The notes below the pieces were generated by a model. The model saw nothing but the letters and a program-made list of their open reading frames with translations, was not told the DNA's origin and searched no databases. Shown here piece after piece: positions 41,991 to 53,700 of a DNA stretch of 64,000 bases. The stretch spans positions 958,398 to 1,022,397 of the forward strand of contig MNCI01002813.1 in NCBI GenBank assembly GCA_015680685.1, given 5' to 3'. Position numbers and translations under genes: made by a program. Numbering within the stretch: the first letter of the stretch is position 1; each line of letters opens with the position of its first letter. The stretch is from Gnetum montanum. Taxonomy: Eukaryota; Plantae; Gnetophyta.

Positions 41991-44900
41991 TATTTTGGGA
42001 TAGGGTCGTAATCTTGAATTAGCAATAGCTTTTTCCCAACCAAATAAACTCAACTAAATGAGTTCTTTTTTGCCTTTCACCTCTATGAAGATCTAGATTT
42101 TTATTTACTTATAGTTTCTTCAAATAATTTTAATCAGTTTCCCATGTTTTTTTGTCTTATTTTTGGTGGCTTTCCCATGTTTTTTTTTTTGCCTTTCTTT
42201 CAAGGACTTTCTCATGTTTTTCTAGTGTTCCTTTTGGTGACTTTCCTAAAATAGTGATGTCGAATAACACCTCATTGTTAACTACATGACCTTCAAATAA
42301 ATTAGCATTATTCATAAGGAGCTAGTAACTATTCAACCCCTGGCATACAACCTATGATTTTTTAATAAAGTTGTAGCTTGAACTCTTAACTTCTTAGTTA
42401 ATAACTTAATGAATTTACTAATTAAATTACAACCTCATACGATTTTAACTAGTAGAGTCTACAATATTTTGATGTGTTGTAGTCATGTTTCTTTTAAAAA
42501 TCTATTACAAGAAAAAGAAGTCATTAGCATCATGGAAACCTATAGGGAAGTGTTTGTAGATTATTCTAATGATAATTTCTTTTGATTAGGCAGATACATT
42601 AGGACATGGATTTCATTTTTTATGTTTCTCTTTTTTTTTTTTGTATTTTTTTCAAAGAGAGGGAATAGGGGAGTGTCTGTGTGTTGGGGATGATTGTGGT
42701 GAAGGTGGAAGATAAAAAAAATTCATGCAATTTTCTCCACTTAAAAACTTTTAGAAAATTAACATCGTAAAGATCATTACGAATGATAGATGGTTCTAGA
42801 AAAACTGTTGACCATAGGTGCTAGTTTGGTGGTTCTAGTCAATGTAAGCGACTTATAGGATCCCTAGTTAAGTTACATGGTTGCAATTCAATTGCCATTG
42901 TTTTATCATAAACATCGCAATCTTGTTCTCTTAATTTGTGGGGGAGTTCTCTCTAGTGATTCTTTTTGTTTGTAGACTTTATTTATGGTTTGTAATGTTA
43001 ACAAGCAAAGAATTGTATGTATTGGCTAGAATTTCAAAGTTTCTAAATTTTGATGTTTCGACAAGATAAAATATCAACAAGTCTTCCTTAAATGTTTTTT
43101 TAACCTAGAGTAAGCCATGACAAAGTATAATTATGGTGTAAAAGAATGCTCTTTTAGGAACATGGCTAGTTGATTTTGGCCACCTATCAAGGTACTTTAT
43201 CAACAAGGCACATATATAATAAAGGTATAACAATTCTTAAGTCATAACTTGAATTACTAGTTACACTAGCATGTTAGTAGTGTTTGCCTCTATATTGACT
43301 TATTTTAATAGGTATTAAATAACATATCACTAGTTGTTGCATAGGTTTCTCTACCCTTAGAATATTCATGATCCAAAACCACTTAATATCAAATTCCTTC
43401 TAGAACTCAAAATTTGGCTAATTATACTATCAACTTCCCTTCCATCCTTTTATATTATTGTGAGTAAGTTAGCTGAGAATGTCCTACACTAGGCCTAACA
43501 ATCCAACTATGGTTATTCATATTCAAGGGTATATATGTGACAAACTGGTAAAATATTGATCTGTTTAACTGGGGAGTTCGTTCTTGATAGCACTTCAAAT
43601 AAGTGCATTGCAAACAAAAATAAAAATAAGATGAGTAGTAATGTTTTGCTTGTACAAGAGAAAAAATTTTGGAATGTAATATCATTGGGAAAATATTATG
43701 GCATTCCTATAGGTAGATTTTTGACAACCCTTACAGGGCTAATAGTTTTTAGATTATATGCTTGTGTGTTCAAATAAACAAAATATTTTAAGCCTTAGAT
43801 ACTAGGATTGAATCAACACCATCCTCACATGTGCTTCCAAATAATAAATATTTGACTTATATTAACATTTGAGATAAGGGTTCAAATGTTGGCTATGTAA
43901 GCAACTACAAAGAGGTGCAAGTACTAGGGCTTGAACCTAACAGCTTTAAGTGCTAAGTTTTGGGAGGTAGTTAATTAATCAATTAATTGTTAGGAAATGA
44001 ATTAAGTGAAAAAAAATAAGAATAGGAAAAACAAGCACACACAAAACACAGGATTGTCATGGTTAAGCAAGATTGCCCATCTTCATGACTGCACTAGAGT
44101 TTCATTATATATTTTGCAGATTACAATTACAAGAGAGTTATAGAACATTACAAGAGAGTTACAGAATGTTATAAAGAGTTACAATTACAAGAGAGTTACA
44201 AAATCTTACATAAATATGTATAAAAAAACCATTTGTAAGCAAAACTAGCCCATGACTTAATAATATAGATCAGTCACCACATGACTCCAACAATCTTCCA
44301 CTTGGAGACTAATCTAACTCTCTTAGAAGATCCTTCAACCAAATCATTTCCTTTTTAACTTCTATGGTTGAGAAAGCAACGCTCTTTTGAAGTCAAGACA
44401 TACAACTCACAATAGTACTACCCACAGTGAAAATATAACCAATTGTGTTCTTCTTGCTATCCAAATCACCTCCCAAATCTGCATAAAAAAAACCCTATAG
44501 AGTAATGTTGCTCCTTTCAAAACAAAGTTTCATACTTGAAGTTCTTTTAGATATCTCAAGAGCTAGTTTACAACTTCCCAATGCTCCCTTCCTCGATTAG
44601 ACATAAACCTTCTAAGAACTCCCACTACATGTGCTATGTTAGGTCTAGTACAAATCATAGCATATATCAAACTTCCAATTGCTGATGCATATGGTATTCT
44701 AGACATCTATTCACATTCTTCTTCTATCCTTGGTGACTGATTCTTACTAAGAATGAAGTGACTTCCCAATGGAATGCATCTAGTCTTTGCATCCTAAATG
44801 TTGAACCTACTAAGCACTTTCTCTATATATTTTTCTTGAGATAACTTGAGAATTCCTTGAGATTTGGTTTTATTGATTTTCATCCCAAGTATCTGCTTGG

Positions 44901-45171
44901 TTGGTCCCAAGTCTTTCATCTCAAATTCCTTTACCACTTGTGACTTCAGTTTATCTATCTCCTATAAACTAGACCCTGCAACAAGCATGTCATCAACATA
45001 CAAGACAAGCATGTCATTAACATACGAGAGAAAAATATTGTAGTAGTCATCAAACCTCCTTATGTAGCAACAATTATCCAGCTCACATCTTGTGAAACCA
45101 ACATTAAACAAGAACTGATCAAATTTCTTGTACCACTACCTAGGAGCCTGTTTCAATCCATACAAACTCTT

Positions 45172-45317
45172 CTTCAACTTTAATAATGGTCAACCCTTCA
45201 ACTTTTGTAATTGTCAACCCTTCAACTTCTATAACAGTTGATCCTTCAACTTCTGTAATGACTGATCCTTCAACTTCCATAACCATCAACACTTCAACAT
45301 CTGTAATGATTGACCCT
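45172..45317 (-). repeat. six-copy 24-bp minisatellite inside the copia-2 RT
   Basis: Plus-strand unit CCTTCAACTTCTGTAATGATTGAC-like, six diverged copies. Confidence 0.9.
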
Positions 45318-47910
45318 TGTATCTTTTACTACCATCATGTTCTTCCTTGATCTTGTACATCCACTTATTCTGTATTGTCCTCTTTTCTTCTAAAAAATTA
45401 GTTAGTGTCCATGTTGTATTCTTCTGGAGTGACTTCATCTCATCTCTCATAGCCAACTTCCACTTAACACAATCTATTACCTACATTGCTTCATCAAAAG
45501 ATTTTAGTTCCACAATATCAGTCAAAAGGAAATATTGTAATGAGGAAGAGTACCTATCTTTGGGCTTTGGTGTTCGAGAGAGACCTTCTCCATTGAGGCT
45601 CTGGTGTAATTGTTTCTGAATCAACTTCAGCTTCATCTTCATCTATCTTGTTTCTAGGATTTTCTTGAATCCTTTTAGCTACATCCCTCTCAAATATCTC
45701 TTCTAATTCAGCCTTCTCACTTTCCTTTTCCTGTTTCCCTGCACTGTTAGATTCTAATCTAAAATTATCCTTATACACTACATGTTCATTAAAAGTGACA
45801 TCCCTTTATAATTTTTCTATTTTGATCATCCTAAAAAAATAATTAAAATCATCATAACCATAGCTAATAATATAACATTTCTTGGCTTTAGGGTCAATTT
45901 TATCTTGGACATCAAAACCTAAGTGCACATATGATACACAACCAAAAACTTTTAAATGTGAGAAGTTTACTCCCTTTCCTGACCATTCCTCCACAAGTAT
46001 CTTAAAGTCCAATGGAACTAAAGGTCCTCGATTTATGAGATAGGCTACTATGCTAATTACATCTACCCAAAACGTCTTTGATAGTCCATGAGATATTCTC
46101 ATGCTTCTAGCTCTCTTATTTAATGTCATGTTCATTCTCTCAGCTACATCATTCTACTTTGATTTTCTAGAAACCATCTTAATCATTTTGATTCCATTTT
46201 TAGAATAGAAGGCCTTGAACTCTAGACTGTCATACTCACCTCCATTATCAGACCTCAAACACTTGACTTTCAAACTAGTTTTGTTCTCCACTTCCACCTT
46301 CAACCTTTTAAATGTAGAAAACACATCAGATTTATTTTTAAGAAAATAAACACATACCTTTCTAGTGGAATTGTCAATGAATGTGACATAATAGCACAAG
46401 CCACTAAGGGAACTCATTAGGGCTAGTCCCCATACATTTGTATGTACCAATTCCAACTTCTCGGTCTTTGATGTTCTTCCAACCCTTTAAGAAATTGACT
46501 TTTTTCTATTTTCCATAAACACATCACATGAACCAACATCAATAGACTTCAAGTCTAGTAATCTCTCCTATGAGGTTAGCAACTTCATTCCCTTTTCACT
46601 CATGTGACCTGACCTCCAATGCCACAATGTTGACATTAATTTTGAATCAACCACTAACACTATGTTTTTAATTTCTGAAGTGGTGTACAATGTTCCTATC
46701 TTATTTCCCCAAGTAATGATTAGATTTCCTTTAATTATTTTCTAGGATCAACCTCTAAATACTATACTGTGCCCTTCAGCATCTATCTGACCCATAAAAA
46801 TAAGGTTTTTCTTTAAACCTAGAACATGTCTAACATTTTGCAACTTCAATTGTTTCCAATGGGCAATCTTTATATAAACATCACCCTTTCCCACAATGCT
46901 CAATGGTTTATCATTTGCAAGATAAATCTTTCCAAAATTCCTGGCAACATAGTTAATACATAGTTCTTTTGAAGGAGTAGAGTGAAACAATGCACCTAAA
47001 TCAAGAATCCAAGATTCAATACCACTATCCACACAACAAACTAGGGCATCAACAATTTCTTCAGTAGTTGCATTCACTAAATTATTATGCTGATTTTTCT
47101 TTTCTTTTTTTGATGTCATGCACTATTTTCTGAGGTGACCTTTTTTATCACAATTCCAACAAGTGACATTCTTGTGACCCTTGGATTGACTTCTTCCCTT
47201 GAACTTTGGTTTTCCATGGTGCTAATTCTGTCCCCGTTGAAGACTTCTATTTCTGCTTTCATTACTCAAGGAAGAATCCGAAGATTCACTTGACTCCCTC
47301 TTGCATATATTCTCACGAAGAATCAAATATTGAAGTCCATACAACTTCAATTTTTGATCTCTTGATGAACTGCTAACTACAGGCACTATCGCAGACTAGC
47401 TATTAGGTAGTGATGATAACAAGATCAATGTTTTAATCTCATTATCAAAGTTGATTTCCACAGAACTCAACTAACTTGTGATCATATTGAACTCATTGAT
47501 GTGATTTGTAATTGACGCACATTCAAACATCTTAAAATTGAGTAATTGGTGCATCAGATATACCTTGTTTGAGGCAAATATTTGATAAGGCCTTCATCAA
47601 ACCCTGAGTAGTCTTTTCATTGACAATATGGAACGCAATGTTCCATGATAACATCAAATGAATCACCCAAAGAGCCTGGCGATTTAACAATTTCCAATCC
47701 TCTTTGCTCATATGGTCTAGCTTCTTTCCCAACAACGGTTTGTGCAACTTCTTCTAGTATATATAATCCTTGATCTGCATCTTCCAAAACCCAAAGTTTG
47801 TCCCATTGAACTTGTCCATCTTGACTTTCCCATCCTCAAACGCCATTGCTTCCACTGATCCTTTGCAAACCTACCACTCTGATACTAGTTTGTTAGGAAA
47901 CAAATCAAGC

Positions 47911-47914
47911 AAAA

Positions 47915-47965
<51 letters not shown>

Positions 47966-47978
47966 AAGGAAAAAAGAA
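47911..47978 (+). repeat. poly(A) expansion within the copia-2 5' LTR
   Basis: About 60 A with few interruptions; the matching site in the other LTR (~44009) has only about 8 A. Confidence 0.9.
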
Positions 47979-48576
47979 ATAAGAACAAGAAAAATAAGCA
48001 CACACAGAACACACAAGATTTTCGTGGTTGAGCAAGATTGCCCATCTTCATGACGACCCTAGAGTTTGCATATTATAGTTAGAAGAGAGTTACAGAATGT
48101 TACATAAATATGCATATAAAACATTGGTGGTAACCCAAACTAGCCCATCACCCAATAATCTAGATCACTTGCCACATGACTTTAACATGAAGAGTGCTAT
48201 AATTTTATCAATTTTTATTTAAATGATAGAATGTATTTTAGATGAAATGCTTTTCTTAAATTACTCCATATGTACTCCTACCTTGGCTATGGAAATAGTG
48301 GCACTAACTGAGTATTTTTGTTTTGTTTAGGTATACACCCTAGCTATATGAAATGCAAGAACTCAATGTTTTAACAAGGGCTTGCTAATGGAGTGACTTT
48401 GTCATTGAGTTATCATATACCTAGGAAATGTTCTCGGACACCTCATTTTTATGAAATTGTCGTATTGGTTATTGCATACCAATTTTAGGAATTTCAATAT
48501 CCGGAAATCAGGTTCAATTGCGTCTTTGGAACATCATGTATTACAAGTATGTTGATGTATTTTTTATTATGCCCAG

Positions 48577-48961
48577 AGTGAACTTTTAACAACTACTCAT
48601 GCAAGACAATGAAGATAAGATGAAACTAGCTTGCGCAGAAGAAATTTCTCCTTCTCTCTTATGGTGATGAGAGAACACTTATCTTCGAGATTGTGCTTAA
48701 GGATAAATATGGATGCAACGGTTATCGGAAACATCGCGCGGTTTATTAATCACTCATGTGACAGAGGTAATCTACTTCCTTTTGTTGTTCGATGCTCTGA
48801 AAGCATTCTCCCACGATTATGTTTCTTTACGAAAAAAGGGATATCACAACGAGATGAGCTGACATTCAGCTATGGATCAAGTTTTGATCAATCAAGTTTG
48901 CGATCTTGATTTTGCAAAACTTCTGCTTGTCTTGAGCAGCTTGCCATCAGAGCTAACATGA
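48577..48961 (+). pseudogene. SUVR3: SUVR3-like SET-domain histone methyltransferase, orphan terminal exon, disabled
   Basis: ELLTTTHARQ*R*DE...REHLSSRLCLRINMDATVIGNIARFINHSCDRGNL...LPRLCFF...ELTFSYG...S*FCKTSACL, then frameshifted LPSELT*. This matches the SUVR3 C-terminal SET/post-SET region, with three premature stops and a frameshift. No upstream exon found in the window. Confidence 0.85.
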
Positions 48962-49639
48962 CTTTCTTTCAATTTATCTCTCATAAAATTAGAGGCCTGG
49001 ACATACATTCAGGCAGTAATTATATTTGTTTGTTCTGCTAAAGCTTGGCCCTGCTGTCGCGGTCATTTTCACTAATTGCAGAGGAGTGTGTCTATAAATA
49101 TCAATGCCGTGATTTAGCATTTATTCAATGTCGAGAGTTTTGATGCAAGTTGTTTTCAGTAACGATGACTAATTAATGTTTTTAGATTAGCAAATATTAA
49201 AATTGATTGGGATCCATTTTCACCCATGGTAGCGCTTTGTTTTTGCGATTGCATGTGCAGAAAAGAACCATGAAGAGTCAAGGAACGTCATGTCCAATCC
49301 AAATAACAATGGTGCATAAATAGTAAATAGAATGCACTGAGCTATAATCTATAGCGAAATTCTAAATTTGGTTTTCAAGTATTTCTAAAAATTCATTTTA
49401 AATTAATGATACGAGAACATCATTTTCATTAAAGGCCACACATGATACTACAACTTGCATGCATATTACTATGCATGTCGTGGGTACAAAATGCAATTAT
49501 CTAGAATTTTTACGTTGATAAATTCTCTATTTAACTTAATTTAAGAAATCTATCAAAATTTTTCCATTTTTGTAACCCTAAATTTTTCAAAATTTATGAA
49601 ACATTCCAAATTTAACAAAAACTTCCTTAAGGTTCGAAA

Positions 49640-51025
49640 CCATTAAACTCATCCATTCCATAGCTACTCATCATGGTCTTGGTTTCCATCAAATGTATGG
49701 GAACTCAACATTCCTTAATGGAAACATTAATGAAGGAGCCTATGTCTACCAACTTGAAGGTTCTGTATATGAGGAAAAGAAGATAAAGTATGCAAATTAA
49801 ATAAAGCCTTGTATAGATTAAAGCATGCTCCAAAGACATGGTTTCATAGAATCAATTACTATTTGTTGCAGAAATTATATTCATTTTGCATGTTTGAATC
49901 CACCTAGTACTACAAGCATGACTACAAAGATTTTATCATAATCTCACTTTAAGTGGATGATCTTGTATTCACAACTACAAACAATAAATAAATAGAAGAA
50001 TTCAAACTTGACATGAAGAGTGAATTTGAAATGAATGATTTAGAAGAACTAAAAGTACTTTCTTGGAATATAAGTTGATCAAGACAAGGATGAAATTAAA
50101 GTTCATCAAACCAAATATGCTTTCTCCATTTTGGATAAGTACAAAGTTAGTAGGGAAAAAAGCCCCTAAGTCTCCACTACCTCACAATCTAAAAACTGAA
50201 CATAAGAACAACATAATACTTGTAGATGCAACCTAATACAGAAGCATAATTAGAGCTTTGAGATTCCTTTGTCACACAAGACCACATCTTCAATTTGCCA
50301 CTTACTACCTCAATGCTCTCATACATATCTTGACATATGTCAAAGTGATCATAGATCATGAAATCATTTGTACCAAGGGAAATGCATACTTTCATGCCTA
50401 TTCAAATGCTAATTGGGGAGCAGATCACAATGATAGAAAATTAACATCAGGAATCATAATATTTCATAAGGATAATCAAATATATTAGATATCAAAGAAA
50501 TAAACTTCCATTAGACTGTCAACATATAAAGTTGAATATATAGCAATGGCTAAGTGCATCCATCACATACTTTGACTTAAAAAACTCATGATACACCTAG
50601 AATTCTAAGTTAATCTCCCAATCTAATTACTTTGCAATAACATAGTAACCATCCAATTGTGGAATGAATATGTGCATAAAAAATCAAAACACATAGACAT
50701 AACATACTATTTCATAAAGTAAGAAATGAAGGAGGAAAACATAAAACACATTCATGTTGACACAAATGATCAACTTGAAGATATGCTAACAAAATTTGTT
50801 CTTCCATACAAGACCAACCATCTTAACAAACTTGCATCTCAACCTAATGAAGAGATTGTTGACATTAGTGTGAAATGTAAGGAGACTTAATCATAAAGAT
50901 TAAGGATATAAAAAATTAAAAGTTGATTTGTGCATCACCTTGCAGAAGATAAAATATGAGAATTAATATTTATTTTCATAATTTTTTAAATTGATGGATG
51001 GATGTAATGAATAAAGGTCCCAATT
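49640..51025 (+). mobile_element. copia fragment (RT, RNase H, start of 3' LTR) related to copia-1
   Basis: Aligns with 8440-9850 (e.g. AYSNANWGADHNDRKLTSG). PPT AATGAAGAGAT, then LTR TGTTG at 50857, interrupted at 51025 by the gypsy LTR. Confidence 0.85.
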
Positions 51026-52290
51026 TGATGAAGAGTCTCTTAGTTAGCTATGTTGACAGGCATGCGTTGATGTAGCCTTGTTAATGCATCCCTATTGACA
51101 TATCCTCAAGATACGTTGATGCATATGTGTCAACACCATTCCACCCTAAGCCTATATAAATGCATGCACTATCCACATTTAGGACATCTTTGGTCATTTC
51201 CATAGAAAAGCTCTTTTAGTTTATTTTCATAGGGCTTAGCTAAATTTTCCTTTAAGTGCATATAGCATAGAATGAATTGATTGAATGGATTTTTATTGGA
51301 ATGGCATTGTACATAGACACATTCCATGAACAACAATGAAATCAACATTGGTTCCTTCCATTGCAACACTTGGATTAGCATTTAGTTTATTTTCAAGTAG
51401 TTTACTTTTAAATGGTTTTTTCTTTCCTGTGTTTAGGAAATTAATATTTTATTCTATAATAGCATAAGTACAACCACTTCAAACATAATGGATCAACATT
51501 TGGTAATCCTAATAGTGAATACTTGATTTAGCTAGCAGTAAACACTTAGTAAATCCAATAATGTTAATATAGGTTTAGGATGGGTATCGAACATGAGCAT
51601 GGATGCTTCATGCTTAGGATATCTAGGTTACTCATAGATGCATAATTAGTTAAAATTTAATAATTTAATCATTTTACTATCTTAATATTTTAATAATAAA
51701 AAATAACAAAAATAAAATATCTGATACCTTAATCTCACTTAACCATATCCACCAAGATAACACAAGAGATGATTGGGAAGATAACAACCAACAACCAAAC
51801 ACTTAGTCATCTAATATATTTAAGGCCTAAAGATTTCACAAAATTTGATTTGATTGCATGGACATGCTTGTGATTTGTATGTTTAGGTGTAGGGATCACT
51901 TACCACTCATCATTGGCATTGTTGTCAGGGATTCTTTCTTTGTTATGCACTAAGTATTTTAGATAATTAAATCCTACAAAAGTTGTTGTAAGGACATACC
52001 ATACTATCCTAAGAAAATAATAATATTTTATTCAAAGATACACTATAAGAACAAATTAAAATATGGCTTCTTCTAGTAGGGGTGATTCTCCACCTACCAA
52101 TGATAAGACAAGGAAAAACCTAGAGGAAGTTCCTTAATAATTCAACATGGTCTACACTCGTTTGGATCCATACCATCCAAACTTCACTTTCATTCTCCAC
52201 CAAGATGAGCAGCTGTGATGGAAATACCTAGAGGGAAATGTTATATTATCACATAATCATGTCATTCCATCAATGTTCATGATAACATTG
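51026..52290 (+). mobile_element. Athila-like element E3: 5' LTR, PBS and start of gag
   Basis: LTR 51026-51912 (TGATGAAG...ACTCATCA); PBS TGGCATTGTTGTCAGGGA (decayed tRNA-Asp type); gag start MASSSRGDSPP at ~52063. Confidence 0.88.
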
Positions 52291-52294
52291 ATAA

Positions 52295-52830
52295 AGCTCA
52301 TAGTCTCATTTTGCTTTCCTTTCCGTACAGTCGATAGGTAGGTTGGCTTGGATTTTGACACATATGAAGTTGTACTGTTCGGGTGTAAGAGTGGCATAGG
52401 TAGGGTCTTTGCCCTGTATCCTAAGCGACTGGCGTGTAGGGCCTTGAGGGTTTACTTGTTCAATGATAGTTATGGATTCCGTAGCAGTCACAGGGTTTAG
52501 ATTTTCAACGATTGGTAGTATTACTAGGTTGATTTGGAAGGATTCCATGATGAATGTGAGTAGACTGGGCTAGATGAATGGGGTTGGATTGTAAGCAGTT
52601 GCACTATGGAGTGACACAAACACAATGTAACCAAACCAATAAAACCACACTGTGACAGAGAGCAAGCTCAGCATGAATCACAAGACAAGCTTAGTGTGAC
52701 CAAATAGGACAAGCTCAGCGTGACCAAACATGACAAGCTCAGTGTGACCAATAGATAAGAGACGCACAGGATAAGATGAAAAAGTTTTGATAGAGATGTT
52801 TTATCAAAAAACAAGTGAGTTGATCCTCCT
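52295..52830 (-). mobile_element. fragment of an unrelated retroelement leader/gag N-terminus with four ~24-bp repeats
   Basis: Minus ORF 52306-52548 (PTRQSLRIQG) and tandem ACAAGCTCAGCGTGACCAA units at 52661-52752. Identity is inferred. Confidence 0.4.
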
Positions 52831-52839
52831 TGTAATGCC

Positions 52840-53700
52840 AAAAGCTATGCATGCCCAACAATCTCTCAATGTTTGTTTACCTTCCAGCCTTACACCAACA
52901 ATTTAGGTCAGTACAGGTAGTTTTCAAACTTGGGAAAGATTCAAAGGTTTGAACAAGGTGTGGATTTGAGGGAATTCAAAGCTCTTTGTACCTCTCTACT
53001 TACTTGAGTGCATGAGTGTTTTTATGGATTTCTTATAATTTTGTGTCAACCAATAACAAGAAGTTGAATAACTCTTTGCATGGTGTTGTTTCCATCTAGA
53101 AAAATATTTAAAAATATAAAATACAAAATAATAATAATAAATGAAATGATGAATATTCAAATCACATCCATTAGATAAAATGATTGGCTACAAGCACTAG
53201 TTATGGAACTAGAAAGACATGTTACACATGCCTGAAGGCCTTGTCTACCTAAGGCCTTTTTTCACTTTCTTCTTCTCTTTTCTTCTTAATTAAGGAATGG
53301 TGATTGGTCTATGAAAGTATTCTTATGTCTCAATAGGGTGGAGTGGTCTTAGAGTGGTGATTCAAAGGGACTAAAAGTGGTTAGTTTTGATCTAGACTAA
53401 GGATGGACTTTATTGGGTCATTTAACCATAAAATCCACAAAGGACTTCATGTGACCATGAGTGGGAATTTCATTTCATTTTCTCTCTCATCCATCAATTC
53501 TTTTCATAACTCACATCACTACTGGTTGTCCATGTTCTTGTTCAATGTCTTAGTTTGATGTGTTGAAATTCTTAGATAGATTCTTCCGAATTTGATCCTT
53601 AAACTTTCATAACCATTAATCAAATATGGGGATCACAAACTCCTTAGTTGAGGTTATGCAAGGGAAAAAATGGCATGTGCCTACCATGGGGAGGATCCAC
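52840..53700 (+). mobile_element. Athila-like post-integrase conserved spacer fragment
   Basis: Shares motifs with 29400-30150 (CTCTTTGCATGGTGT, AAGCACTAGTTATGGAAC..GAAAGACATGTTAC, GCCTAC...GGGGAGGATCCAC). Confidence 0.75.

Larger units (their letters stand above)
37045..42269 (+). mobile_element. probable ~5.2-kb solo LTR (or LTR-derived unit) with repeat array and internal decayed ORF
   Basis: Starts TGTGAGTGCATAAAATG and ends ...GAATAACA. Contains a GGTTCTAC/TAGAACC repeat field, a decayed ORF ~38700-41150 and TATA-like CTATAAAG at ~41190. No gag/pol motifs. TSD not found. Confidence 0.5.
43988..48187 (-). mobile_element. Ty1/copia element (Tork/Tnt1-like, copia-2) with internal deletions
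   Basis: LTRs 47891-48187 (5') and 43988-44292 (3'), both TGTT...AACA. PBS TAGTATCAGAGT; PPT GTCTCCAAGTGGAAGAT. Gag MAFEDGKVKMDKFNGTNFGFWKMQI; protease-like WILDLGALFH; integrase CLRSDNGGEY; RT YVDDML. Confidence 0.92.

Noticed and set aside
45172-45317. CRISPR-like repeat-spacer array
   Set aside because: The units are contiguous diverged tandem repeats without unique spacers, in a eukaryotic TE context with no cas genes.
47770-47982. poly-Lys ORF
   Set aside because: It is an artefact of the poly(A) tract, antisense to the copia leader and LTR.
43988-48187. horizontal transfer of copia-2 from angiosperms
   Set aside because: The protein resembles widespread Tork-clade elements, but the host is unknown and identity cannot be measured here.
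1584-48961. functional reader-writer cluster (PHD/CW gene plus SET gene)
   Set aside because: The two are 45 kb apart and the SET copy is a disabled fragment; there is no evidence of linkage beyond proximity.
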